A stretch of 63,691 bases of DNA, the filler included, from an uncultured bacterium (GTDB taxonomy: Bacteria > CAYUVA01), in the NCBI GenBank assembly GCA_964448115.1. It is 6 parts of 4 records of this genome, joined end to end, with 100 filler letters (N's around TTAATTAATTAA, not from the genome) between each part and the next. Parts side by side here need not be neighbours in the genome. Positions count along the whole stretch, not along the records: positions 24,471 to 39,220 come from CAYUVA010000013.1; positions 39,321 to 43,272 come from CAYUVA010000015.1; 4 more parts are not named here. One strand, written 5' to 3'. The position numbers were made by a program, and so were the translations under genes. The notes beneath the pieces were generated by a model, which saw nothing but the letters and a program-made list of their open reading frames with translations, was not told where the DNA came from and ran no database searches. Each line of letters opens with the position of its first letter. Within the stretch, counting starts at the first letter, position 1. Shown here piece by piece: positions 29,476 through 40,226 of this stretch.

Positions 29476-31182
29476 TCAGTCAACGATAATAAGATACGGC
29501 GCCGTATGCCCTAAATAGCCCTCCTTATCCAGCGCCCTGAATTCAAGCAAGTATAAGCCGGGCTTAATTCCTGGCTGAACGGTTAGTGGTGGAAAGATGA
29601 AGATACCTGAATCGGGGGGAACTTCACTCAATCGAAGCCCGGTATCGCTGCCTGCGTAGTATATTTGCACTTCCTCTGCTGGGGCAAGCTGCCAGTCCAA
29701 GGCATAAGCGAGCATGGTCAGTTCCCCCCCGCTGAAGGTAGTTAGCCTGGTCGTCATGTATCCGGCGATGAATACATCAGGCAGGTCGCCTGCTGGCAGC
29801 GTCGGTGTGGGCGTCATCGTATGAGTCATGGTAGCGGTCGGCGTATCGCTGGGGGGTGGTGATGCAGTCGGAGTGAAGCTAGGTAAAGGTGTTTCGGTAA
29901 GATACGGGGTGGGGGTGCTGGTGGGAGATTGGATGGGCGTTGGTGTGGGTGTGGGAGATGAGAACTTGCTTATGGTGAAGCGATCGATCTCGCTGCCATC
30001 ATAACGGATAGCCTTTAGAGTCAAATAATTACCGCTGATATCGATGATGCAGTGATGCCGAACATCCTCCCTGGCAGCCACAAACCAGTCGTCTTCGGAG
30101 GTGGAAGGACCAACTCCGCCGCAGCCGGTAACCACATAGACCACGCCATCTTGATCAGTATATCCGCTAGGCTCGGTGCTGGTAGCCTCGGAGCCGGTCA
30201 ATGGATAGCTGCGCTGATAGAAGTGATCGTGTCCGTTGAAGACGATATCCACATTATACTCATCGAACACGGGGCATAGATCGAGCCTGACCGTAAGGTC
30301 GCTGTCATGTGCGCCCTTTGCCCAGGGTGGCTGGTGGAAAAAAACAATGCGCCATGGCTTGCTGGTCCCCGCCAAGTCGCTGCGCAGCCAGCTCTTCTGC
30401 GCCAGGATACTAATCGCATCCCAGGGGTAACAGTTCACATCCAGGCAGACGAAGTGGCAGTTGCCCCAGTCGAAGGAGTACCATTGCTCCCTGCCCGAAC
30501 TAGTGCCATTATGGGGTAGCGATAGAAAGTCGAACCACTCGTGGGGTAGTTTATCGTAGGGAAAAGCGTCCTCGTACTCGTGATTGCCGGGACTCGGAAT
30601 GACCGGCAGCAGCCTAAATAGAGGCACTCCGGGGGTGAAGAACTGGTCATGCCACTGTTGCCGCTCCTCGCCGCTGGCAACGATATCGCCGGTTGATAGT
30701 ATGAATAAAGGGAGCGGATCATGCTCTAGGATCGATTGGATCACGCTCTCGTGCCCGGAGGGACTGGAGCGATTGTCTCCATAAGCAGCAAAGCGCACAC
30801 TCACATCTGCTCGATGCGATGGCGCTATGAAGCTGTATTCATCGGTGGTGGAGCCGTCGGAGATCACGCGATAGTAATACCGGTCTCCGGGGCTTAGGTT
30901 GGTGATATTCGCCTCGTGCTCGTTGGTAACCGTCGAGGTCTCGAACTGGTGCTGGTAGGGCGGACCCGGCTGCTTGCCGTATTGGACCATGCCGGTGGTA
31001 TGATTGCGCGTGAACCAGCGCACAGTTATACAGCCCTGGTTGTAGTAGTTGCCGAGCTGAAGGTAGGGACCCTGCCAGATCTCGGCATATACCGTGCAAA
31101 CAAGAGGGATCATTATTGATATGATCATTATGCAGCATCCCCTGATATCAATCGCTGTTACTTTTCCCCGCGCATCGATCAT
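29476..31182 (-). CDS. Secreted purple-acid-phosphatase-like metallophosphoesterase with FN3, Pro/Thr linker and C-terminal domain
   Basis: YGD, TGDIV, GNHE, GHDH motifs; PTPTP linker. Confidence 0.88.
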   Translation of the reverse strand: MIDARGKVTAIDIRGCCIMIISIMIPLVCTVYAEIWQGPYLQLGNYYNQGCITVRWFTRNHTTGMVQYGKQPGPPYQHQFETSTVTNEHEANITNLSPGDRYYYRVISDGSTTDEYSFIAPSHRADVSVRFAAYGDNRSSPSGHESVIQSILEHDPLPLFILSTGDIVASGEERQQWHDQFFTPGVPLFRLLPVIPSPGNHEYEDAFPYDKLPHEWFDFLSLPHNGTSSGREQWYSFDWGNCHFVCLDVNCYPWDAISILAQKSWLRSDLAGTSKPWRIVFFHQPPWAKGAHDSDLTVRLDLCPVFDEYNVDIVFNGHDHFYQRSYPLTGSEATSTEPSGYTDQDGVVYVVTGCGGVGPSTSEDDWFVAAREDVRHHCIIDISGNYLTLKAIRYDGSEIDRFTISKFSSPTPTPTPIQSPTSTPTPYLTETPLPSFTPTASPPPSDTPTATMTHTMTPTPTLPAGDLPDVFIAGYMTTRLTTFSGGELTMLAYALDWQLAPAEEVQIYYAGSDTGLRLSEVPPDSGIFIFPPLTVQPGIKPGLYLLEFRALDKEGYLGHTAPYLIIVD

Positions 31183-31308
31183 GGCATAGACCTCCCATCA
31201 GGCAGCGTTGATTAGCTCCTTGAGTTTATCGTAGCGACCTTGATTTTATCTAATTTAATCATAGCATATAATTGTTGTAAAAGTAAAACCTTAAGGAGGT
31301 TGTATCTG

Positions 31309-31749
31309 ATGGCTTTATGGTTTTTCATCATCTGCTGCATCCTGTGGAGCGTTTCCGTTGCGTTGGTCGATGGCATGTTCAATCGTCTGATCTTCAGGGA
31401 ACACCGCAGGCTATCGTACTTCAGCGAGCAGAAGCAAGCGATATACAAGCGCAACGAGTGGGTATTCATCACCATCTTCTATCTGATCCTGATCAGTTAC
31501 ATCTTTCCATCAATAGCGAGCCTTGCCATTGGCGGGGTTAAGTACTGGCTCATCTTTAGCATCATATTTGCCCTGGTCGATTGGGATATAATCTTCGGCA
31601 GGGTCGTGTTCGATGACTGGTTGGGGGATCTGCCGAGCATGAAGCTGCCCAAGCTAGGCTGGCTTCACACGCCGCTTTGGCTCTCGATAGTGATAAGACT
31701 GGTCATCGCTGCCGTGCTAGTGCTCATCCTAGTAGCATTTTATAATTGA
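31309..31749 (+). CDS. Hypothetical membrane protein
   Basis: SD AAGGAGG before ATG 31309; four hydrophobic segments. Confidence 0.65.
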   Translation: MALWFFIICCILWSVSVALVDGMFNRLIFREHRRLSYFSEQKQAIYKRNEWVFITIFYLILISYIFPSIASLAIGGVKYWLIFSIIFALVDWDIIFGRVVFDDWLGDLPSMKLPKLGWLHTPLWLSIVIRLVIAAVLVLILVAFYN

Positions 31750-31815
31750 TTGCCCGGCGCAAGCGATAATTATTTATTGGGTGATATCCAAAGAATGGTG
31801 TAACCTTATTATCGC

Positions 31816-32322
31816 TTATCTGGCAAATGTCTCCTTGACCAGTTTGATGAACTCCCGGCGCCGCTGGTCGATCACACGCTCGAAGAACAGGACGCCGTTT
31901 AGATGATCTATCTCATGGGCAATCGCCCTGGCAGCCAGGTTCTCGCAGGTGAAGCGCATAGTCTTGCCGCTTAAAAGCATTGCTCTCACCTCCACTTTAG
32001 ATGCCCTTGCCACCGGCGCAGTCAAGCCCGGTAAACTCAGGCATCCCTCCTCGGCGATCTCTTCCCCTTCTGAGGAGATTATCTGGGGATTGAGCAGCGC
32101 CACTCCTACTTTCCCTTTATCGAAAAGCTCGCCGCTAAGGATAACCAATCTCTTGGAGACGCCGACCTGTGGGGCTGCCAAGCCGACACCGTTGCCGGTA
32201 TCGAACATGGTCTCGGTCATATCAGCGGCGAGTTTCCTTATATCATCGGTGATCTGCTCGATCTCATCGGCAGTGGCAAGTAAAACCTCAGCCGGATAAA
32301 CCCTTATATTCATCAATGACAT
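31816..32322 (-). CDS. def: Peptide deformylase
   Basis: GVGLAAPQ, EGCLS, HEIDH. Confidence 0.97.
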   Translation of the reverse strand: MSLMNIRVYPAEVLLATADEIEQITDDIRKLAADMTETMFDTGNGVGLAAPQVGVSKRLVILSGELFDKGKVGVALLNPQIISSEGEEIAEEGCLSLPGLTAPVARASKVEVRAMLLSGKTMRFTCENLAARAIAHEIDHLNGVLFFERVIDQRRREFIKLVKETFAR

Positions 32323-32334
32323 GCTTAATCATCC

Positions 32335-34020
32335 TTAATTTGCTTGTCGAGAGGCGATATTGCCATGAAAACCTGCCAACATAGCCTCAGCCCTAGGCAT
32401 CAGTCTGATCGCCTCCTCGAGCTGATTGTCATCCTCCAAGAGAACCTTGTAGCCTGCCTCAGAATTATATTTGACCGAGGCGATCTCCTTTTTGATCCAC
32501 TTGGTGATCGCCTTGGTTCCATTGTTGAACTCCCTGGCGGTGAAATCGATATCCTTTTCGAGAGCGAAAGCCCTGAAATCTTCGATAATAGCTGCGGTTA
32601 CATTGAGATCTTGCGGGATCTGCTCGTGGGTATTGACATATCTTACTGCATAGTCGAAGAATGCAGTTTTGTTGCGTAGTTTATCGATAATAACCGGATC
32701 AGAGGATTTATACTTCACGGTTACATGCGGCACGATACCGCCGGTATGTTCTTCTATCTTGGGTGGTGCGGTCAGATTGGCATCCGGGCTAGATTTTATT
32801 GTATCCATCTGTTTGAAGAGATCCTTAAGGATGCCTTCTATTTGGGATTCGTTATCCTCATCCTGGTTCATCGATGGCGGGGGCTGATATTGCAGCTTCA
32901 GTTGGTAGAGATCTTCATCGAACGGCTTTTGAATGAACTTTCCATCAGGGGTGAAGTACTGTGCGGTGGTTACCTGCAAGGCTGTATCCCCTATGGGAAA
33001 GACGCGCTGCACCAAGCCCTTGCCAAAGGTTGTGGTGCCGACTATCAGCCCGCGATTATGGCTTTGAATTGCGCCAGCGACGATCTCGGAGGCGCTGGCA
33101 CTGAAGTCATTGACCAAGACCACCAGCGGCTGCTTGATCTTAAAGGCATCTCGCCCGGCTCTGAATTCCATGTTGCTGCCCGGTATGCGTCCACGCGTAT
33201 AGACGATCATCATATTTGGCTCCAGGAAAAGCTCGGCTACCTCCTTCGATGCGGAAAGAAGCCCCCCGGGGTTGTTACGCAGGTCAAGGATCAAGCGCTT
33301 CATCCCCTTTCCCTTCAACTCATTATACTTGTTCAGCAGCTCCCTGGCGGTGGTGGAAGCGAAGTTGCTGATATGGATATAGCCGATGTCTTCGGTAAGC
33401 ATGAACGCATAGGGGACGCTGTAAAGCGGTATCTCATCCCTTTTTATGGTAAATTCGAGCAGCTCATCTACACCCTCACGCTGGATGGTGATATGTACAA
33501 TGGTTCCCTTTTCCCCGCGTAACTTGGCGATAACCTCGCTATTGGTGATTCCCTTGGTCGATTCACCCTCGATCTTGACGATGCGGTCGCCGGCTCTTAT
33601 GCCTTGTCTGTGCGCCGGCGTCCCCTCTATGGGAGAGATCACGGTCAGCTCACCACTTTGGATGCTGAAGCGAATGCCGATGCCATAGAAGCTCCCCTGT
33701 TGCTCCTCGCGCATGTATTTATAGACCTGTTCATTGAGAAAGTGCGTGTGGGGATCGAGCGTATCGAGCATTCCGTCCAGGGCATTGTATATCAAAGCCT
33801 TTGGCGGCGGGTAATCCTTGCTCACCTCCAGTGGATAGTAGTTTTCCATGAGGTAGTATGCGGATGACAGTAGCCTGAAGTTCTCCCGCTCCGAGGCGCT
33901 TAAAAGAGCAGTGGTAAACATGGCAAGTGTGCAGAATATGACCAGGCTTAACCGGTATGGGCGCGCAAATGTTCCTCTTGGTTTGGTCGTTTTTTTAGGT
34001 ATTGTGTTTTGCTTCCTCAT
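32335..34020 (-). CDS. ctpA: Carboxyl-terminal processing protease (S41A)
   Basis: LDPH, PDZ domain, DLRNNPGG, SASASEI, TFGKG. Confidence 0.93.
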   Translation of the reverse strand: MRKQNTIPKKTTKPRGTFARPYRLSLVIFCTLAMFTTALLSASERENFRLLSSAYYLMENYYPLEVSKDYPPPKALIYNALDGMLDTLDPHTHFLNEQVYKYMREEQQGSFYGIGIRFSIQSGELTVISPIEGTPAHRQGIRAGDRIVKIEGESTKGITNSEVIAKLRGEKGTIVHITIQREGVDELLEFTIKRDEIPLYSVPYAFMLTEDIGYIHISNFASTTARELLNKYNELKGKGMKRLILDLRNNPGGLLSASKEVAELFLEPNMMIVYTRGRIPGSNMEFRAGRDAFKIKQPLVVLVNDFSASASEIVAGAIQSHNRGLIVGTTTFGKGLVQRVFPIGDTALQVTTAQYFTPDGKFIQKPFDEDLYQLKLQYQPPPSMNQDEDNESQIEGILKDLFKQMDTIKSSPDANLTAPPKIEEHTGGIVPHVTVKYKSSDPVIIDKLRNKTAFFDYAVRYVNTHEQIPQDLNVTAAIIEDFRAFALEKDIDFTAREFNNGTKAITKWIKKEIASVKYNSEAGYKVLLEDDNQLEEAIRLMPRAEAMLAGFHGNIASRQAN

Positions 34021-34189
34021 CAGACCTTTTTACCTGTCTTATAGTTGGGCTTTATGCAAAATCCATAGTAAACCTTATTAGCTCATTTTTTCCCTTGTAG
34101 ATCTATTACAACCCTAGGAATTAGTCAAGGAGGTGGATCATCTAATATGGTCATTTGTGCAAAGTCGGGCTTAATGATAAAATATTCTT

Positions 34190-36484
34190 ATGTGTGTTGA
34201 TAAACCACTTGTTCATTGCTGCCTTATTATAACAGTTGTTTGCACCGCGTTCAGCCAGGATGTTGAATGCGCCACCTACCCCTTTCGTCAGTGGATACTC
34301 ACCAACGATGATCAGGCTTACAACGAGTCATTGATCGCCATGCTCCCTGATTTCAATATCAACTACATCCAGCTTTCCCACCAACTGATCATGAACATAG
34401 ATGAGCTAAACGATGATCCTGCAAGGCGAGATAGGCTTCGAGGACTGGCAGAGCTTGCGCACCAGCAGGGCGCAAAGGCTCTGGTCTGGGCGCATGAGCT
34501 TAACATCGAGGGGATGACCTTTTGCTTCGATCTCAACCATAGCGACATGCTAGCGCGCCAGGATGCCTATCGCCAGGCGCTTCTCGCCGCCCCTGAGATC
34601 GATGGCGTCATGCTCATGTTCGGAAGCTCCCCAGTAGAGATATGGCAAGCTGTCCCGAGCTGTACAGGACCATGGTCTTACGATATGTCGGTGCGCATAT
34701 ACAATCTGATCCAAGCTATTGCACGGGTAGTTATCGGCGAGCTTGACAAGGAGCTGTGGGTGCGCACATTCATCCACTTTCCCATTGAGCTTGAATGGCT
34801 AACCGAGGCGCTAATGGCTTGCGATCACATCCCGCTTATGGTGATGAGCAAGGCGGTACCCAACGACTTTGAGCCATATTACCCGCCAAATCCTGCACTG
34901 GGGAGGGTGGGAAATCATCAGCAGATACTGGAATTGGACTCTGCTGGCGAGTACTGGGGCAAGAGTAATATTCCATTTTGTGAAGCAGGATATTTCAGGC
35001 AGCGATTCAATGAAGCCGCCGACCGGGCACCCCTTTTCGCCGGCGCTGCCTGCCGGGTAGATCGCTACCACCGCCATGCCTTTGGCACACCCAACCAGAT
35101 GAATATCTTTTTCATGAGTCAATTATGCCTTGACAGCCGTATCACCGAAGGTGAGCTGCTTGATGCCTGGATTGCCGATCATTACGGCTTGCAGCCCGGC
35201 TCCTGGGCGGCGGGGAAACTGGCGAGTATTCTCCAGGCGACCTTCGATGTGGGCAGAAAGATGTACTATGTCAAGGGAGAATGGGCATTCACCAAGGGGA
35301 GCGAGCTGCCCGAATCGATCTTTGATACCGACCTGGCGAGGGTGAGAAGCATCAGCAAGTGGGATCCCGACTACCAGGAGATATCCGACCGCTTGCTTGC
35401 ACCGGATGTCCAAACATTGCTTCAGGTGATGCAGGAGAAGCAGGAGGCGATTGACCTTGCACGGCGAAACCTAGATGCGCTGCCATCGCTTGGAGAGTAT
35501 CTTGATGCGAACGATTACCTGCTGCTGGAGACACAGCTTCGCCGCCAGTGGTTCGCTGCCAGAGCCTGGGCGCTGATGGCAAATGTAGTATTCGGATATC
35601 GCTGCCGGCTGGCTACCGGCGACCCACGCTGCAATCCCTGGATAAAGTGGAGCCTGCTTGAGATGGAGGATCTCGAAGGAGAGATAAGAGGCTCAGGGAT
35701 AAGCGACCCATTCCCTGCCGACCCCGATGACATAAGGACATTCGTAGATAATACCTGGAAGATCTACTGGTTCAGCGGTGAACCAGTTCAGCCGAGCTGG
35801 CTTTATATATATAGCATCAATATGGAGTCGATCTTTTCAGATAAGGCAGTGATCTCGTTTTATACCATCAGCCCTTGTCGTTCTCGTTTGCACTATGGCA
35901 TAGAGCTGCCCGATTACGGAAGCACCACTGAATATAGCTTTAATCCCAGCACCTTCCACCGCCATACCATAAGTCAACTAGAGCCTGATAGCAGGTATGT
36001 TTTCTGCATCGAGGCCAACACATTGTCTGGCGAGAAGATGCTCTCCGGTGATTTCATTTTCTGGACAAAGCCCTCTACTACTCAGCCGACGGCTACACCG
36101 ACAGCCACCTATACAATGACACCGACCATGCCCCTGCCGCCGACTAGCACGCCAACCTCGACTCCATCGCCGACCAGTCCACCACCGCTGCCTATTATCT
36201 ATGCTGCCGGCTACTTGGATACGAGGCTCGATGCACAAAGTGGAGGGATGCTCAGGATAGCAGCCATAGCAAAACATGCCCAAGAGGTACATGTTTACTA
36301 CAATAGCGGGGATACCAGCTTAAGGCTTGAGCTGGTTGAGAGCATTGAAGATATGGGCTTTTTCAGCCTGGATACGGCTATACCACCTCCAATCAGCCAG
36401 GTTGTGGTTCTGATCGAGCTGGTCGGCTTTCAGGATTCGGCTGGTTTCAGCCACCCTTATCCTTATTTAAATGTTGGTGATTGA
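34190..36484 (+). CDS. Secreted protein: probable TIM-barrel/glycoside-hydrolase-like N-terminus, FN3, Pro/Thr linker, C-terminal domain
   Basis: Signal peptide, FN3-like HTISQLEPDSRY, PT-rich linker; catalytic assignment is a guess. Confidence 0.6.
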   Translation: MCVDKPLVHCCLIITVVCTAFSQDVECATYPFRQWILTNDDQAYNESLIAMLPDFNINYIQLSHQLIMNIDELNDDPARRDRLRGLAELAHQQGAKALVWAHELNIEGMTFCFDLNHSDMLARQDAYRQALLAAPEIDGVMLMFGSSPVEIWQAVPSCTGPWSYDMSVRIYNLIQAIARVVIGELDKELWVRTFIHFPIELEWLTEALMACDHIPLMVMSKAVPNDFEPYYPPNPALGRVGNHQQILELDSAGEYWGKSNIPFCEAGYFRQRFNEAADRAPLFAGAACRVDRYHRHAFGTPNQMNIFFMSQLCLDSRITEGELLDAWIADHYGLQPGSWAAGKLASILQATFDVGRKMYYVKGEWAFTKGSELPESIFDTDLARVRSISKWDPDYQEISDRLLAPDVQTLLQVMQEKQEAIDLARRNLDALPSLGEYLDANDYLLLETQLRRQWFAARAWALMANVVFGYRCRLATGDPRCNPWIKWSLLEMEDLEGEIRGSGISDPFPADPDDIRTFVDNTWKIYWFSGEPVQPSWLYIYSINMESIFSDKAVISFYTISPCRSRLHYGIELPDYGSTTEYSFNPSTFHRHTISQLEPDSRYVFCIEANTLSGEKMLSGDFIFWTKPSTTQPTATPTATYTMTPTMPLPPTSTPTSTPSPTSPPPLPIIYAAGYLDTRLDAQSGGMLRIAAIAKHAQEVHVYYNSGDTSLRLELVESIEDMGFFSLDTAIPPPISQVVVLIELVGFQDSAGFSHPYPYLNVGD

Positions 36485-36500
36485 TATCACTGGCAGATTT

Positions 36501-37889
36501 TCATTCCAGATTATACTTCTTCATCTTGCGCCACAGGGTAGATCGACCGATGCCAAGAAGTTCGGCTGCCTTTGACTTATTGCCTTCGCACTTTGCCAGC
36601 GCTTGCTGAATTGCTTCTCTCTCCTGGGCTTCCAGGCTGCCTTCAATAGAATACGAACTATTCTTTCCATTCAGCTTTGATTCCCTAGATATAAAACCAA
36701 AATCTTCGATCTTGAGGATATCGCTGTTGCTCAACACCATTGCCCGCTCTATGGCATTCTCCAGTTCCCTTACATTGCCGGGCCAGCTATGGTTTGATAG
36801 CAATTCCATGGCGCTTTCTTCAATACCTTTGATCACCTTTTTCGTTTCCTGGGCATATTTTTCAATAAAAAACTTCACCAGCATCGGTATGTCCGAGCTT
36901 CTATCCCTAAGTGGCGGCACCTCTAGCTCAATGACGCTAAGTCGATAGTACAGGTCCTCCCTGAACCTGCCTTTTTGTATCTCTGCCTTGAGGTCTTTGT
37001 TGGTTGCAGCGATTACGCGCACATCAACCTTGATGGTCTCCTGTCCACCGAGCCTCTCGAAGCTCTCATCTTGCAGCACTCTCAACAGCTTGGCTTGGGT
37101 CGAGGGAGCCAGCTCGCCGATCTCGTCCAGGAAAATAGTTCCCTTGTCTGCCAGCTCGAACCTTCCCGGCTTCTGCTTGTCTGCCCCGCTGAATGCACCC
37201 TTTTCGTAGCCGAAAAGCTCACTCTCGATAAGGGTTTCCGGCAGGGCAGCGCAGTTTACCTTGACAAAGGGTGCTTCCCGCCTGATACCGCCATAATGTA
37301 TCCCACGTGCGACCAGTTCTTTCCCTACCCCGCTTTCACCCCTGATTAGCACCGTGCTCTTGTGGTCAGCGGACTTCGCCATGAGTTGCTTGATCTGCTC
37401 CATCTTCGGATGGCTGCCGATCATCGGATTTTCCATGATGAAGCTGGTCAACTCGCTCTTGAGCGCCATGACCTGTCTTTGCAGCACATTGGATCTTCGC
37501 TTTATATCTCTTTGTTGCACCAGGCGAAGGATACGCAGCTTCATCTCATCCATGTTGAACGGCTTGGTTAGGTAATCGATAGCGCCCAGCTTCATCGCCT
37601 CCACTGCGTTCTCAATGGCGCCATGAGCGGTCATAACTATCACCGGGATATCAATAGATCTAGACTTAAGCTCCCTTAGAAGTTGAATGCCATCCATCTG
37701 CGGCATCATCATGTCGGTTATAATCAGCTCGTAAGGCGAAGATGCTAGCTTTTTCAGTGCTTCAATGCCGCTGGAGGCTGTATCGAGCTGGTAGCCTTCG
37801 AGTTTGAGTACCGCAGCCAGGGTTTTTCTCATGTTCAACTCGTCATCGACGATCAGTATCCTGAAGTCCTTTTTTTCCATTTTAGGCAT
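36501..37889 (-). CDS. NtrC/AtoC-family sigma-54 response regulator
   Basis: REC, GESGVGKE, GAFSGA, WPGNVREL, Fis HTH. Confidence 0.95.
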   Translation of the reverse strand: MPKMEKKDFRILIVDDELNMRKTLAAVLKLEGYQLDTASSGIEALKKLASSPYELIITDMMMPQMDGIQLLRELKSRSIDIPVIVMTAHGAIENAVEAMKLGAIDYLTKPFNMDEMKLRILRLVQQRDIKRRSNVLQRQVMALKSELTSFIMENPMIGSHPKMEQIKQLMAKSADHKSTVLIRGESGVGKELVARGIHYGGIRREAPFVKVNCAALPETLIESELFGYEKGAFSGADKQKPGRFELADKGTIFLDEIGELAPSTQAKLLRVLQDESFERLGGQETIKVDVRVIAATNKDLKAEIQKGRFREDLYYRLSVIELEVPPLRDRSSDIPMLVKFFIEKYAQETKKVIKGIEESAMELLSNHSWPGNVRELENAIERAMVLSNSDILKIEDFGFISRESKLNGKNSSYSIEGSLEAQEREAIQQALAKCEGNKSKAAELLGIGRSTLWRKMKKYNLE

Positions 37890-39220
37890 TATATCGAGAT
37901 GTCCCCGGTCGGTTTTACCGGTTCTTTTAATGGAAGTCGCACGGTGAATACCGCTCCCCCTTGCAGCCCATTCTTAGCCTCGATGGAGCCCCCGTGTCCC
38001 TCTATTATCGAGTGGCAGATGGCTAATCCCAGCCCGGTTCCCTTCTTGCCCTGCTTGGTGGTGAAGAAGGGATCGAAGATGCGAGAGATGTTATCTTTGG
38101 GAATACCGGGTCCGGTGTCTGAAATGGTGGCGATGATCGTCTCATCGCTCCCCAAGGCGGTCTCGATGCGAAGCCTGCCTTTATGGTTCATCGCCTCAAC
38201 TGCATTGTTTATGATGTTCAGAAGAACCTGGCGCAGCTTGGCGTGATCCCCATGCATAGTGGGCAGGGAGGGATGGAGATCTAGCTCGACCTCGATGGCT
38301 TCACTTGCGGTCGAGAATCTCCTTTGCAAGGTCTCTTTGATCAACCCATTGAGATCAAGAGGCTGGTATTTAATCTCAAGCTGGCGAGAGAACAGCAACA
38401 GGTTGTCTATAATATCGTTGGCTTGCTTGATCTCCTGCGTGATGATCTCGTATTGTTCCTCCCTATCTGGGGTAATCTTTTCATCCGTATTCAGGAGGAA
38501 GTAGTGTGCATTGCTGATTATCCCAAGTGGATTGCGGATCTCGTGCGCGATGCTGGCAGCCATTCTACCCAGCGCTGCCAGGCGCTCGGACTGCTCCTGG
38601 GCCAGCTTGCGGTATTTCAAATCTTCGTAAAGCCTGGCGTTCTCTATCGAAATAGCTGCGTGGCTGGCAAGCGTCTCGAAGATATAGCGATCCTCGGCGG
38701 TGAAGTCCCTTGCCATGATGGTCGAATCTACATAGATAACCCCGATGACCTCTCCTTTTGCGACCAGTGGAGCGCACATAACCGATTCGAGGTCGAGCTT
38801 TACGATGCTCGTCTTGTCGCTGTAGCTCTTTGTACGGGAGATGTCGGAAAGATATACCGGCTTGCCGCTTTGCGCTACCTGTTGGAGAACGCTTCTGCTG
38901 ATGCTGAAGGAATCCCCCTCAAGATCCTCGCGGTTTCGGCTCCTTGCCACCTTGAATTCGAGCTTTCCCGATTCGCCCTTAAGCATAAGGAATCCGCGCT
39001 GTGCGCCGGTTACCTCGATAGCAGTGTCCATTACCTTGACCAAAAGTTCCCTTAAGTCCAGAATGGAGCTTAGCGATTTACTTATATCGTATAGGATAGT
39101 CAGGTTTCGCAGCCGAACTTCTTGATCTTTGTACCGCTTGAGTCTTTTTTCGTACAGCTCTAGCAGCTCCAGCAGCTCCTTGCCCATTGGCGAGCTTTTG
39201 AGCCTTTCTTTGAGTTGATT
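37889..39220 (-). CDS. GAF-domain sensor histidine kinase, probably 5' truncated by gap
   Basis: GAF, AHEIRNPL, NAVEAM, GTGLGL; frame open upstream of ATG 39187 up to the gap. Confidence 0.9.
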   Translation of the reverse strand, partial: NQLKERLKSSPMGKELLELLELYEKRLKRYKDQEVRLRNLTILYDISKSLSSILDLRELLVKVMDTAIEVTGAQRGFLMLKGESGKLEFKVARSRNREDLEGDSFSISRSVLQQVAQSGKPVYLSDISRTKSYSDKTSIVKLDLESVMCAPLVAKGEVIGVIYVDSTIMARDFTAEDRYIFETLASHAAISIENARLYEDLKYRKLAQEQSERLAALGRMAASIAHEIRNPLGIISNAHYFLLNTDEKITPDREEQYEIITQEIKQANDIIDNLLLFSRQLEIKYQPLDLNGLIKETLQRRFSTASEAIEVELDLHPSLPTMHGDHAKLRQVLLNIINNAVEAMNHKGRLRIETALGSDETIIATISDTGPGIPKDNISRIFDPFFTTKQGKKGTGLGLAICHSIIEGHGGSIEAKNGLQGGAVFTVRLPLKEPVKPTGDISI

Positions 39221-39380
39221 NNNNNNNNNNNNNNNNNNNNNNNNNNNNNNNNNNNNNNNNNNNNTTAATTAATTAANNNNNNNNNNNNNNNNNNNNNNNN
39301 NNNNNNNNNNNNNNNNNNNNCGGGTGTTATAAAAAGGGGCGAGCCGATATTTTTACCCCATCCGCTGGATTAGGTAAGCT

Positions 39381-40058
39381 CTATGGCTCGTTCATGCAAC
39401 ACCTGAAGCCGGTGTCGGGTCTTTGCTGATCAGCCGGCTGCCAAAGAAACTGGCTGCACTGCAATCCATAGGAGCCAAACTCGAACGATCCGCCACAGAC
39501 TCGTGCACTTCCACCGCTCAAGTTGGCAACAAATTCCCAGACATTGCCGCTCATATCGTAGATGCCATAAGGGCTGACGCATTGATCGAAGTGTCCGCTG
39601 GGAGCGATAGCGCCATAACCGGCATCAACTCCATTGCAGACGGTCGCACGATAGGCATTACCATAAGGGTAGGTCAATCCGCCGGGTCCACCGCATCCCT
39701 GTTGCCACTCGTAATGGTCGCAGAAGCGTTTTCCAAGCCCTTCGCAGACTGCATTTGCCTCGTACCAGGTCATATATATCATGGGCATCTGCCCGGCAAT
39801 GTTGGGATACTCGTATATATCCATGCAGATACCTAACTCCGGTATATACGCCATATCTTGGGGGCAGTTCGATTGCGGCGTTGGTGTCGCGGTTGCCTGA
39901 GCTGAGGGGGTCGGCGTCGGTTCAGTGGGATTTGCTGTAGGGGTGGCAGTCGGTTGTGAGGGGATACTATCTCCCTTATCCCCCTCGCAGGCTACGAAGT
40001 GAAGCCCGCTGAGCAATAAGATAGCAATTATTGGCGATATCATAACCAGATATTTCAT
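39381..40058 (-). CDS. Lipoprotein with FGE-sulfatase (SUMF1) domain and Pro/Thr linker
   Basis: Lipobox FVAC; YPYG, YDMSGNVWE, GFRCC. Confidence 0.85.
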   Translation of the reverse strand: MKYLVMISPIIAILLLSGLHFVACEGDKGDSIPSQPTATPTANPTEPTPTPSAQATATPTPQSNCPQDMAYIPELGICMDIYEYPNIAGQMPMIYMTWYEANAVCEGLGKRFCDHYEWQQGCGGPGGLTYPYGNAYRATVCNGVDAGYGAIAPSGHFDQCVSPYGIYDMSGNVWEFVANLSGGSARVCGGSFEFGSYGLQCSQFLWQPADQQRPDTGFRCCMNEP

Positions 40059-40226
40059 CTTCAGCTCCTTGCTGATTTGGAGTATTCATCTAACCTTTGC
40101 ATGCCTATGATATCAATCTTTTGATCGTTTTATCAAGTCCAAGTATGATGCTGCTGTACCTTTGCTTGTGATGCTCTAAAAGATATCCTGTTGTCATTAT
40201 TTAATCGAAGATTATACTTTGTCATT

